Counted from the first letter of the stretch, positions 10,165 to 20,956 are shown. The stretch: DNA of 64,000 bases from Eledone cirrhosa (GCA_964016885.1 OZ024740.1:247194001-247258000), one strand, 5' to 3'. Numbers and translations are program-made. Notes: generated by a model not told the origin, from the sequence alone.

Positions 10165-11765
10165 TTGTGGCTCAAGTACAGAGATGACCTCTCTGAGGAC
10201 TTCAGACATCAAGCCCAATTACAACTTTCTGACATGAAAGTAGACTTCACAAATGAAATCTACAACAAACCACTTATTGAAATTGAAAATATGATTGCTG
10301 CAATGGGTGGGAATGCACTGCAGACATATGGCCTGCCCCAAACCAACAGAACAGGCTTCGACGTCATTTCCGCAGAAATACTTCGGGAACTATCCTACGA
10401 CACTGACAGCTTGGCTACATATGTCACTGAACATGAAACAATGCTGCTGCAGGAACAGGAACGAGCATATAACACTATCGCTGACTGTGTCCACCGTCAT
10501 ACGGGAGGAATCTTTTTCTTGGACGCCCCTGGAGGCACAGGGAAGATTTTGTCATACGGCTTCTCCTTGCCAAGGTTCGACAACACAGACACATAGCACT
10601 TGCTGTTGCGTCTTCCGGTATTGCAGCAACCTTGTTTCCTGGGGGCAAGACAGCACATTCAGCCTTCAAACTCCCCCTCAATATGACAGCAAATGACACA
10701 CCCTGCTGTAATATTACCAAAGGATCAGAAAAGGCAGAACTGCTTAAAAGGTGTGAACTTATAGTTTGGGACGAATGTACCATGGCTCATGAAGGAGCTT
10801 TGGAGGCACTGGACCGGACTTTAAGAGACATAAGAGACTCCCCGGATCCCATGGGAGGCGTGACTGTCCTTTTATCCGGAGATTTTAGACAAACCCTCCC
10901 TCTTATTCCCAAAGGAACAAAGGCTGATGCTATTCGAGCATGCTTAAAGTCATCTCTGCTTTGGCGTTGTCACAACATTAACGCTCTCTACGAACATGAG
11001 AACTCGGATGCTTGGTGACCAAGTTTCATCAGATTTTGCTACCAACCTATTGACACTTGGGAACGGCAAAGTGCCACTTGATGAAGATGAAAAAATCTCC
11101 CCCGAACCGGTCTGCTCTTTAGTCGACAGTGCTGGCAACTTGACAGATGCAGTATTCCCTGAGTTGAGCACTAACTACCAAAATCCAAACTGGCTGTGTG
11201 AAAGGGCAATACTGGTTCCGAAAAATGAGATTGTCGACAAAATCAAGGTACAACTGCTTAAGTCTCTTCCTACAGCATCGTGTACATACAAGTCCATCGA
11301 TACAGTCACAGACCCCATTAACTACCCTATTGAGTTTCTTAACTCATTGAACCCCTCTCATCGATTGGAACTTAAGCAAGGATGCCCAATTATGCTTTTG
11401 AGGAATCTACACCCACCAAAACTCTGCAACGGCACCCGCCTTACAGTAAATAAACTAACGCAAAACTTGATCGAGGCGACGATTCTCTCGGGGTGTGGAA
11501 AGTGGGAAAATCTTTTTATCCCATGGATTCCCCTTTGTCCGTCAACATCAGAGATCCCCTTTTCATTTAGGAGGCTCCAGTTTCCAGTTCGTTGTAGTTT
11601 CGCTATGACGATAAATAAGTCTCAGCGGAAAACATTGAAGAAACCTAGAAGAGCCATGCTTTTCGCACGGTCAGCTATACGTTCGATGTTCCAGAGTGGG
11701 TAGCAAAATAAACCTTTATACATTTACTCCAAACGGTAAAACCACAAATATTGTGTACCGGTTGA
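10165..11765 (+). pseudogene. Helitron RepHel PIF1-type helicase, frameshifted
   Basis: FFLDAPGGTGK, GGKTAHSAFKLP, LIVWDECTM, LLSGDFRQTLP, MLLRNL..LCNGTRL and FRRLQFPVRCSFAMTINKSQ are spread across separate frameshifted ORF pieces. Confidence 0.9.
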
Positions 11766-11784
11766 TACAGCTCAAACAGCAGAC

Positions 11785-12110
11785 GTTGACTCACAGTTCT
11801 TTGCTGCCGCAGTTGATGCTGTGTTTCGGCTGATGCAGCTCGAGCTGTGGAAGTTGCCTCAGCATTTCTATGCCGCCGTAATGAACGCTGTGGTTCGTTC
11901 TCTGCATCTCCTGCAACAGACGTTGCCTCAATATTTGCTTTCTGTCGCAGTGAGGGTTGCGAATCGTTTTCTGCACCTCAAGCAGCAGCAGTTGCCTCAG
12001 CATTTATTTGCTGTCGCATCGAACGTTGTGTTTCGTTTTCTGCATCTCGTGCAATAGAAGTTGCTTCAGCATTTTTATTTTGGTGTAATAATAGCTATTC
12101 GTTATTCTCT
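11785..12110 (-). pseudogene. STPR-like 23-aa repeat coding remnant (69-bp tandem repeat)
   Basis: Minus frame reads ENNE*LLLHQNKNAEATSIARDA / ENETQRSMRQQINAEATAAA*GA / ENDSQPSLRQKANIEATSVAGDA / ENEPQRSLRRHRNAEATSTARAA / SAETQHQLRQQR. Confidence 0.6.
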
Positions 12111-12681
12111 GTTACTTTTGCAATCGGGGTTGGTGCAGAATTTGTGTTGAGGAATTTTGAGGGTCCTTCATGTTTGGTCTATGTCACTGCAATCAGTCTA
12201 AGGAAAGCAACGTCACAGTTTCTATTGGCTGCCACAACTATACAGAATGGTAAGCATTTCAAACTACATAAATCATTAGAATGCCTACATATACGCAATG
12301 AATAACGAAAAATTTACATGTTTCTACTGTAGCAAACGATTGGCACCCCCCTCATTATCTCCGTCATCCCGCAACGACTTCAGTCCCTGAATTGCCAAAC
12401 ATCTCACATTATTGTCATAAATTTCATGTGACTCACTTTTGGGTTGCTGACTTCCTTGTGGCATAGTTCGCGTTTAGAGCTTCACCGCGTCAACGTCACA
12501 CGTTTACACTCATTCACCTTTCATATGCCATAAAACTTTACCGTTTTTAAATCGAACAACACATACTTCATATGGTTAAAAATAAATGTTTTTTGGGGGG
12601 TTCGTGCTACGTTGTTTTCTCTTTTAAAACATTATTTACTAATGTTAGACTTACACCCGGGCACGCCGGGTACGGCTGCTA

Positions 12682-12730
<49 letters not shown>

Positions 12731-12733
<3 letters not shown>

Positions 12734-13079
12734 CGGCGATGAATTAGTTTTGCGAGGTTTTTTATATGAAATCGTGTGTCGAAACAGATATTGTTATATT
12801 TGGGGAGGGTCATATTTGCGTAATATTGCCAGAATTAATAACAGAACACACTCACTGTTTGGTTGGTTTTCGCTTCTCGCTGTCTTTTATATATATATAT
12901 CTGCGATCTAACTTACTCGGTCCTCAATGTTGCCATTGACTGACCGGCGGTCAAAAATAATACAGATACAATATAGACAAACACATATATATATAGTTTA
13001 CATAAATCTTTCGTTGCACATCTGCAACATCGTCAGTGGTGTTATATTCATTGTTCCTCCTGTTGTGTTGTATGTCTAC

Positions 13080-13110
<31 letters not shown>

Positions 13111-13298
13111 GTTCAGTCCGTCTATATATTTATTTATTTGTTTGCTTGTTTGTTTATCTTATTTTATTTTGTCTTCTTTGCGCATGCGTTTGCGTGTGTG
13201 ATGTGTGACTAGTGTGTATAGTGTTGTGTCTGCTGGGTGACTAGTGTGTGTTTATGTGCTTGTGTATGTATTTATTTATCTTATTTTATTTAATTTAC
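12731..13298 (-). repeat. Inverted pLTR of the Naiad-like PLE
   Basis: Near-identical reverse complement of the 3' UTR, 5' UTR and ORF start (~16070-16624). Contains the hammerhead core at 12980-13043 (-). Confidence 0.92.
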
Positions 13299-16060
13299 AG
13301 AACAACAACAACCACAATAATAATAATAATAGAAACGTTAACCACAGACACAGCAACAGTGACCACAGTAGTAATAACGGTAACAATACGAACAACAACA
13401 ACAACAATAACCACAGTGGTAATAATGGAAATAGTACATGTAGCAACATCAACAAAAACAAGAAACATAATAATAGTAACAACCACAATGGTAGAAATAG
13501 CAGTAACAACAACAACAATAACGGTGAAGTAAACAACAATACATCTAGCAATCATAACAATAATAATATTAATGCTAAGGATAGAAACAACAACAACCAC
13601 CATGATAACAATAATAGCAACACACACAACTATGACGATAGAAATAACGACAACCCCTTAGAGAAACTATTTTTCAACCCAGCTGACAAAACATATAAGA
13701 TGGGTAATATCTATCCTACGAGGTTACCCTTTAATAAAAGAGTTTGCATACCACAACAAATAGATGACGAGACGGAGGCACAGTTCACCATAGCTAGAAA
13801 TAAGATTAGACAAGTAGTAGACAGGTACACTATGAGACAGAGCAGACCAGAGGCCCAACAACTTGGGATAAAACCTGTAGAAGGCTTGGTTAGCCTCAAG
13901 CAGCGCACAAGGGATGGTGAGGTAGTGTGTCTACCCACAGATAAGTCTGGTAGGATGTCAATAGATAGCATGCCGAACTACATCGAGGCAATGCAACCCC
14001 ACATCACCAACACGAGCGAAGTTGCACAACTAACACACGATGGGAGAGAAAAAATCCTCAACGCTCACATGATGATGTGGACTGACATCCTAAAGCCAAG
14101 CAGACGCACTGCCAACAACTTCCAGGCGTCTAACAATGGCACACCACCCTTGTATGGGCTCCGCAAAGACCACAAGACAGTCGACGACCCGACAACAGGA
14201 CCACCAACAAGACCTGTATGCGGAGCTAATATAGCTAGCAACTACAGGATCTCCTACTTCCTCTCAATGGTTATACGCCCCATAATCAAGATGTCCCCAG
14301 ATGTATGTGAAAGTACAGAGGACCTCCTCAGCAGAATCAGTGAGTGCAACAAAAACAGGAGCCTATCCAACTGCATAATAGGCAGCATGGATGTGGTGTC
14401 ACTGTACCCATCCATTAACATTGATTTTGCTGTGAAAAGATGTGTGGAGATGATCATTGAGAGTGAGGTGGAGTTCTGCGACGTCGACACAGACGAACTG
14501 GGCCTCCTACTTAGACTTACCTACGACACTGACTACCTAGACAGCCATGACCTTAGATGTTTCTGCCCTAGTAGACCTATAAGAGGTAGACCCCCCACCA
14601 TAACCTCAATGGCTAAAAAGACTCCCATAGGAAGGTGGATTGGGTGGACCAAAGCTATACGGACCCCCCAAAACACTGATCAGGTAAGAAAAATGGTCGC
14701 ACATGCAATAGGGGCTAGTATCAAAACTACCCTAAAGGGCCACATATTTAAGTTCAATGAGAAAATCTACACCCAAAATGAGGGAGCAGCCATCGGCGTC
14801 AGCATAGCTGGCGATGTTGCCAACCTTTTCATGGTATGGTGGGAAAGGAGACTTAAAGATCTCCTTAATGAAAGCTCCATAGACCTCATCATGTACTCTC
14901 GTTATGTAGACGATATCAATATAGTTATAAGAACACCCCCACTAGAGAGCACTAACAAGTTTGATTTAGAACGTAGCACGATGGAAAGCATCCAGCAGAT
15001 AGCTAATTCCATACACCAGAGTATAACTGTAACTATAGACTTCCCTTCCAAACACCCTAACAATAGACTACCTGTATTAGACACAGAACTCTGGATTAAC
15101 ACTATAGACGAGAGAGCCCAAATTCTCCACTCACACTATGCTAAACTCATGGCCTCCAAATACCTGATACTCAAAAACTCAGCAATGTCCAGTAGTGCTA
15201 AGTTTAATATTCTGATCGCAGATTTGGTACGAGTGATGAAGAATGTGTCCAGCATGTGCGACCCAACTGAAATGGAAGGACACATCCAACACTTCATCAA
15301 CCGCATGCAGTTCTCTGGCTACAACCAAAGAGACAGAGTCAGAGTATACGAAGGAGCCATGGAAAAGTATAAGACCCTCATAGAACTGGACATGAAAGGA
15401 ATTTGCCCACTATACAGGAGCAAATCATGGAATAGCTTAGATAGGGCTAGACATAAGATAGGGAAGGCCACATCATGGTACGACAACCAGAGATATCAGA
15501 GTGTCATGTTTGTGGACGCCACCCCTGGAGGGAAATTAGCTAACCAGTGTAGAAAGGCCCTGAGAAAGACCCACTTAAAAATAAAGGTGGTAGAAAAGCC
15601 AGGAACCACCATAAAATCCCTGATCAGCAAAACCTACCCTTTTAAGAAAACCCACTGTACCAATAGGAAATGTATCATATGTAAGGTGAACCCCCGGATA
15701 AACTGTAAAACTAGAAACGTAGTCTATAGCATAAGATGTACAGAGGGTACTTGTAGAAACACGACAACAACATACATAGGTGAGACAGCTCGTAGCATAG
15801 GTGAAAGGATAGACCAACACTGGGGGGAACTAAAAGGACGAAAAAACGGGTCAGTACTATACGAACATGCTAGACAACATCATGACGGTAACATAGACAA
15901 CATAGAAATTAGAATAATATCTAAACATAGGAATGACCCAGCAGATAGGCAAATCAGAGAGGCCAGTGAAATAGAAATTAGAAGACCAAAGCTAAACAGA
16001 AAGAATGAGTGGAACAACAACAACACCCAAACAAACAACACTGACCTAAGAGAAGTATAA
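13244..16060 (+). CDS. 5' truncated copy of the Naiad-like RT-GIY-YIG ORF; the first 18 codons come from the inverted pLTR
   Basis: From QNNNNH onward it matches the 1210-aa ORF except for NNGT/IPP and AKL/PMAS. Confidence 0.8.
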   Translation: MCVYVLVYVFIYLILFNLQNNNNHNNNNNRNVNHRHSNSDHSSNNGNNTNNNNNNNHSGNNGNSTCSNINKNKKHNNSNNHNGRNSSNNNNNNGEVNNNTSSNHNNNNINAKDRNNNNHHDNNNSNTHNYDDRNNDNPLEKLFFNPADKTYKMGNIYPTRLPFNKRVCIPQQIDDETEAQFTIARNKIRQVVDRYTMRQSRPEAQQLGIKPVEGLVSLKQRTRDGEVVCLPTDKSGRMSIDSMPNYIEAMQPHITNTSEVAQLTHDGREKILNAHMMMWTDILKPSRRTANNFQASNNGTPPLYGLRKDHKTVDDPTTGPPTRPVCGANIASNYRISYFLSMVIRPIIKMSPDVCESTEDLLSRISECNKNRSLSNCIIGSMDVVSLYPSINIDFAVKRCVEMIIESEVEFCDVDTDELGLLLRLTYDTDYLDSHDLRCFCPSRPIRGRPPTITSMAKKTPIGRWIGWTKAIRTPQNTDQVRKMVAHAIGASIKTTLKGHIFKFNEKIYTQNEGAAIGVSIAGDVANLFMVWWERRLKDLLNESSIDLIMYSRYVDDINIVIRTPPLESTNKFDLERSTMESIQQIANSIHQSITVTIDFPSKHPNNRLPVLDTELWINTIDERAQILHSHYAKLMASKYLILKNSAMSSSAKFNILIADLVRVMKNVSSMCDPTEMEGHIQHFINRMQFSGYNQRDRVRVYEGAMEKYKTLIELDMKGICPLYRSKSWNSLDRARHKIGKATSWYDNQRYQSVMFVDATPGGKLANQCRKALRKTHLKIKVVEKPGTTIKSLISKTYPFKKTHCTNRKCIICKVNPRINCKTRNVVYSIRCTEGTCRNTTTTYIGETARSIGERIDQHWGELKGRKNGSVLYEHARQHHDGNIDNIEIRIISKHRNDPADRQIREASEIEIRRPKLNRKNEWNNNNTQTNNTDLREV

Positions 16061-16311
16061 ATAAATAAGTAAATTAAATTAAATAAAATAAGATAAATAA
16101 ATACATACACAAGCACATAAACACACACTAGTCACCCAGCAGACACAACACTATACACACTAGTCACACATCACACACGCAAACGCATGCGCAAAGAAGA
16201 CAAAATAAAATAAGATAAACAAACAAGCAAACAAATAAATAAATATATAGACGGACTGAACAAAAAAAAAATGGCGTAGACATACAACACAACAGGAGGA
16301 ACAATGAATAT

Positions 16312-16375
16312 AACACCACTGACGATGTTGCAGATGTGCAACGAAAGATTTATGTAAACTATATATATATGTGTT
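16312..16375 (+). ncRNA. Hammerhead-like motif in the Naiad-like pLTR (atypical helices I and III)
   Basis: AACACCA-CTGACGA(16319-16325)-T-GTTGCA GATG TGCAAC-GAAA(16343-16346)-GATTTATGTAAAC-TA-(TA)4T-GTGTT. Confidence 0.55.
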
Positions 16376-16541
16376 TGTCTATATTGTATCTGTATTATTT
16401 TTGACCGCCGGTCAGTCAATGGCAACATTGAGGACCGAGTAAGTTAGATCGCAGATATATATATATAAAAGACAGCGAGAAGCGAAAACCAACCAAACAG
16501 TGAGTGTGTTCTGTTATTAATTCTGGCAATATTACGCAAAT

Positions 16542-19500
16542 ATGACCCTCCCCAAATATAACAATATCTGTTTCGACACACGATTTCATATAAAAAACCT
16601 CGCAAAACTAATTCATCGCCGCTATGGCATTAGCTTGTGCCAAGCTGAAAGGTTATTGAAAGACACTGTTTTCTGTTATATAAAAACTACAATAACAACA
16701 GAACAAATCCGCTTCTTAAAACACTGTGTTTCCTCCAAAACATACACAACAAACATATCAAAACAAGTAAATAATTTATTATTGAACAAAACACAAGCTG
16801 AACGGCTAAAACACACAATAACAGTTAATATGAAAAGAACAACATACACAAAAGTCAACGCACTCTACAGACAAAAACGCATCAACGGTAAGGAAATCCG
16901 AAATCTCATCACAGCAAACGAGAGAGATGACTTCATGAGCGTCATCCGACGCGAAACGAAATATGCTCAAAACGAATGCTGTAGGCATTTCAAGAAGAAA
17001 TTAGAATGGATGAATAAGAAAAAACTACAAGAAAGGAAAATCGAATATTCTCAAAAATACCCAGATAACATCGACAACATCCGTATGAGTGATGTAAAAC
17101 TACCGGAAGAATTTACCAATGACCACACAGTAAATATCTATGGGAACACTTTAATCAGTGAACAAGAACAACAAATCCTAAAGTTACCACCAAAATTTGC
17201 CATCTACAAAAAGATTAATCCTATGGAATGCAAAACGGAGCTGGAAAAGTGTTTCACAAAAATACGTTGGAATGCAAAGGTAAACAACAACAACAATAAT
17301 AACGGTAGTAGTAATATAAACAATAACTCTGGGTATAGAAATAACAGCCATAACCATAACAATGGCAGGAAAGTGAGAAATAGTGATAATGGTAATAATA
17401 CTAGCGATAGACAGAACAACAACAACCACAATAATAATAATAATAGAAACGTTAACCACAGACACAGCAACAGTGACCACAGTAGTAATAACGGTAACAA
17501 TACGAACAACAACAACAACAATAACCACAGTGGTAATAATGGAAATAGTACATGTAGCAACATCAACAAAAACAAGAAACATAATAATAGTAACAACCAC
17601 AATGGTAGAAATAGCAGTAACAACAACAACAATAACGGTGAAGTAAACAACAATACATCTAGCAATCATAACAATAATAATATTAATGCTAAGGATAGAA
17701 ACAACAACAACCACCATGATAACAATAATAGCAACACACACAACTATGACGATAGAAATAACGACAACCCCTTAGAGAAACTATTTTTCAACCCAGCTGA
17801 CAAAACATATAAGATGGGTAATATCTATCCTACGAGGTTACCCTTTAATAAAAGAGTTTGCATACCACAACAAATAGATGACGAGACGGAGGCACAGTTC
17901 ACCATAGCTAGAAATAAGATTAGACAAGTAGTAGACAGGTACACTATGAGACAGAGCAGACCAGAGGCCCAACAACTTGGGATAAAACCTGTAGAAGGCT
18001 TGGTTAGCCTCAAGCAGCGCACAAGGGATGGTGAGGTAGTGTGTCTACCCACAGATAAGTCTGGTAGGATGTCAATAGATAGCATGCCGAACTACATCGA
18101 GGCAATGCAACCCCACATCACCAACACGAGCGAAGTTGCACAACTAACACACGATGGGAGAGAAAAAATCCTCAACGCTCACATGATGATGTGGACTGAC
18201 ATCCTAAAGCCAAGCAGACGCACTGCCAACAACTTCCAGGCGTCTAACAATGGCATACCACCCTTGTATGGGCTCCGCAAAGACCACAAGACAGTCGACG
18301 ACCCGACAACAGGACCACCAACAAGACCTGTATGCGGAGCTAATATAGCTAGCAACTACAGGATCTCCTACTTCCTCTCAATGGTTATACGCCCCATAAT
18401 CAAGATGTCCCCAGATGTATGTGAAAGTACAGAGGACCTCCTCAGCAGAATCAGTGAGTGCAACAAAAACAGGAGCCTATCCAACTGCATAATAGGCAGC
18501 ATGGATGTGGTGTCACTGTACCCATCCATTAACATTGATTTTGCTGTGAAAAGATGTGTGGAGATGATCATTGAGAGTGAGGTGGAGTTCTGCGACGTCG
18601 ACACAGACGAACTGGGCCTCCTACTTAGACTTACCTACGACACTGACTACCTAGACAGCCATGACCTTAGATGTTTCTGCCCTAGTAGACCTATAAGAGG
18701 TAGACCCCCCACCATAACCTCAATGGCTAAAAAGACTCCCATAGGAAGGTGGATTGGGTGGACCAAAGCTATACGGACCCCCCAAAACACTGATCAGGTA
18801 AGAAAAATGGTCGCACATGCAATAGGGGCTAGTATCAAAACTACCCTAAAGGGCCACATATTTAAGTTCAATGAGAAAATCTACACCCAAAATGAGGGAG
18901 CAGCCATCGGCGTCAGCATAGCTGGCGATGTTGCCAACCTTTTCATGGTATGGTGGGAAAGGAGACTTAAAGATCTCCTTAATGAAAGCTCCATAGACCT
19001 CATCATGTACTCTCGTTATGTAGACGATATCAATATAGTTATAAGAACACCCCCACTAGAGAGCACTAACAAGTTTGATTTAGAACGTAGCACGATGGAA
19101 AGCATCCAGCAGATAGCTAATTCCATACACCAGAGTATAACTGTAACTATAGACTTCCCTTCCAAACACCCTAACAATAGACTACCTGTATTAGACACAG
19201 AACTCTGGATTAACACTATAGACGAGAGAGCCCAAATTCTCCACTCACACTATGCTAAACCCATGGCCTCCAAATACCTGATACTCAAAAACTCAGCAAT
19301 GTCCAGTAGTGCTAAGTTTAATATTCTGATCGCAGATTTGGTACGAGTGATGAAGAATGTGTCCAGCATGTGCGACCCAACAGAAATGGAAGGACACATC
19401 CAACACTTCATCAACCGCATGCAGTTCTCTGGCTACAACCAAAGAGACAGAGTCAGAGTATACGAAGGAGCCATGGAAAAGTATAAGACCCTCATAGAAC

Positions 19501-20174
19501 TGGACATGAAAGGAATTTGCCCACTATACAGGAGCAAATCATGGAATAGCTTAGATAGGGCTAGACATAAGATAGGGAAGGCCACATCATGGTACGACAA
19601 CCAGAGATATCAGAGTGTCATGTTTGTGGACGCCACCCCTGGAGGGAAATTAGCTAACCAGTGTAGAAAGGCCCTGAGAAAGACCCACTTAAAAATAAAG
19701 GTGGTAGAAAAGCCAGGAACCACCATAAAATCCCTGATCAGCAAAACCTACCCTTTTAAGAAAACCCACTGTACCAATAGGAAATGTATCATATGTAAGG
19801 TGAACCCCCGGATAAACTGTAAAACTAGAAACGTAGTCTATAGCATAAGATGTACAGAGGGTACTTGTAGAAACACGACAACAACATACATAGGTGAGAC
19901 AGCTCGTAGCATAGGTGAAAGGATAGACCAACACTGGGGGGAACTAAAAGGACGAAAAAACGGGTCAGTACTATACGAACATGCTAGACAACATCATGAC
20001 GGTAACATAGACAACATAGAAATTAGAATAATATCTAAACATAGGAATGACCCAGCAGATAGGCAAATCAGAGAGGCCAGTGAAATAGAAATTAGAAGAC
20101 CAAAGCTAAACAGAAAGAATGAGTGGAACAACAACAACACCCAAACAAACAACACTGACCTAAGAGAAGTATAA
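16542..20174 (+). CDS. Full-length PLE protein: N-terminal region, Asn-rich spacer, reverse transcriptase, thumb, Cys-rich linker, GIY-YIG endonuclease (Naiad-like)
   Basis: Uninterrupted 1210 aa. Motifs LKLPPKF, PTDKSG, LYGLRKDHK..PTRPVCG, SMDVVSLYPSI, QNEGAAIG, RYVDD, LPVLD, YAKPMAS, CTNRKCIIC..C, VVY..YIGET..R..H..E..LN. Confidence 0.95.
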   Translation: MTLPKYNNICFDTRFHIKNLAKLIHRRYGISLCQAERLLKDTVFCYIKTTITTEQIRFLKHCVSSKTYTTNISKQVNNLLLNKTQAERLKHTITVNMKRTTYTKVNALYRQKRINGKEIRNLITANERDDFMSVIRRETKYAQNECCRHFKKKLEWMNKKKLQERKIEYSQKYPDNIDNIRMSDVKLPEEFTNDHTVNIYGNTLISEQEQQILKLPPKFAIYKKINPMECKTELEKCFTKIRWNAKVNNNNNNNGSSNINNNSGYRNNSHNHNNGRKVRNSDNGNNTSDRQNNNNHNNNNNRNVNHRHSNSDHSSNNGNNTNNNNNNNHSGNNGNSTCSNINKNKKHNNSNNHNGRNSSNNNNNNGEVNNNTSSNHNNNNINAKDRNNNNHHDNNNSNTHNYDDRNNDNPLEKLFFNPADKTYKMGNIYPTRLPFNKRVCIPQQIDDETEAQFTIARNKIRQVVDRYTMRQSRPEAQQLGIKPVEGLVSLKQRTRDGEVVCLPTDKSGRMSIDSMPNYIEAMQPHITNTSEVAQLTHDGREKILNAHMMMWTDILKPSRRTANNFQASNNGIPPLYGLRKDHKTVDDPTTGPPTRPVCGANIASNYRISYFLSMVIRPIIKMSPDVCESTEDLLSRISECNKNRSLSNCIIGSMDVVSLYPSINIDFAVKRCVEMIIESEVEFCDVDTDELGLLLRLTYDTDYLDSHDLRCFCPSRPIRGRPPTITSMAKKTPIGRWIGWTKAIRTPQNTDQVRKMVAHAIGASIKTTLKGHIFKFNEKIYTQNEGAAIGVSIAGDVANLFMVWWERRLKDLLNESSIDLIMYSRYVDDINIVIRTPPLESTNKFDLERSTMESIQQIANSIHQSITVTIDFPSKHPNNRLPVLDTELWINTIDERAQILHSHYAKPMASKYLILKNSAMSSSAKFNILIADLVRVMKNVSSMCDPTEMEGHIQHFINRMQFSGYNQRDRVRVYEGAMEKYKTLIELDMKGICPLYRSKSWNSLDRARHKIGKATSWYDNQRYQSVMFVDATPGGKLANQCRKALRKTHLKIKVVEKPGTTIKSLISKTYPFKKTHCTNRKCIICKVNPRINCKTRNVVYSIRCTEGTCRNTTTTYIGETARSIGERIDQHWGELKGRKNGSVLYEHARQHHDGNIDNIEIRIISKHRNDPADRQIREASEIEIRRPKLNRKNEWNNNNTQTNNTDLREV

Positions 20175-20425
20175 ATAAATAAGTAAATTAAATAAAATAA
20201 AATAAGATAAATAAATACATACACAAGCACATAAACACACACTAGTCACCCAGCAGACACAACACTATACACACTAGTCACACATCACACACGCAAACGC
20301 ATGCGCAAAGAAGACAAAATAAAATAAGATAAACAAACAAGCAAACAAATAAATAAATATATAGACGGACTGAACAAAAAAAAAATGGCGTAGACATACA
20401 ACACAACAGGAGGAACAATGAATAT

Positions 20426-20489
20426 AACACCACTGACGATGTTGCAGATGTGCAACGAAAGATTTATGTAAACTATATATATATGTGTT
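20426..20489 (+). ncRNA. Hammerhead-like motif in the terminal pLTR
   Basis: Identical to 16312-16375; CTGACGA at 20433-20439, GAAA at 20457-20460. Confidence 0.55.
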
Positions 20490-20673
20490 TGTCTATATTG
20501 TATCTGTATTATTTTTGACCGCCGGTCAGTCAATGGCAACATTGAGGACCGAGTAAGTTAGATCGCAGATATATATATATAAAAGACAGCGAGAAGCGAA
20601 AACCAACCAAACAGTGAGTGTGTTCTGTTATTAATTCTGGCAATATTACGCAAATATGACCCTCCCCAAATAT

Positions 20674-20752
<79 letters not shown>

Positions 20753-20888
20753 TATATACACAGTGATCAGATTTACGGGAAATCGAAGACTATGTGGTTT
20801 TTTACTCTACAAGTGAATCTCTCATCATAGTGTTTCCGTCGTGACCAACCGAGAGTACAATGAAGGTGTGTTCATATATAAGTCTCAT

Positions 20889-20956
20889 CCTACAGCTTCG
20901 TGTACATACAAGTCCATCTATACAGTCACAGACTCCATTAACTACCCAATTGAGTT
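20889..20956 (+). mobile_element. Short Helitron helicase-derived fragment
   Basis: Close match to 11269-11336 (CCTACAGC.TCGTGTACATACAAGTCCATC.ATACAGTCACAGAC.CCATTAACTACCC.ATTGAGTT). Confidence 0.7.

Larger units (their letters stand above)
10143..12682 (+). mobile_element. Helitron, 5' truncated and decayed
   Basis: PIF1 helicase motifs, then a 3' hairpin ACCCGG-GCACG-CCGGGT (12655-12671) followed by terminal CTAG (12679-12682). Confidence 0.85.
12731..20681 (+). mobile_element. Penelope-like retroelement (Naiad-like): inverted pLTR + 5' truncated copy + pLTR + full ORF + pLTR
   Basis: 13297-16567 is repeated at a 4114-bp offset (17411-20681). 12731-13298 is the reverse complement of ~16070-16624. 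Long (TA)n on both flanks. Confidence 0.95.

Noticed and set aside
11785-12070. CRISPR-like regular repeats (also 8495-8605)
   Set aside because: The units are degenerate tandem repeats without unique spacers, in a eukaryotic context with no cas genes.
16419-16505. Mini-exon and intron in the pLTR (ATG at 16419, GTAAGT at 16439)
   Set aside because: The donor is not conserved in the relative near 8960, and the main frame is closed by TAA at 16518. The conserved TATAAAAG at 16464 is too weak on its own to call a promoter.
16061-16541. Possible SECIS element or selenoprotein, since some Naiad PLEs encode selenocysteine
   Set aside because: The 1210-aa ORF has no in-frame TGA and ends in TAA. 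I could not fold a convincing AUGA/AA/GA SECIS in the pLTR.
17280-17775. Asn-rich tract as a spliced intron (GTAAAC..CCTTAG)
   Set aside because: Removing 496 nt would shift the frame, there is no polypyrimidine tract, and the region is already open in frame.
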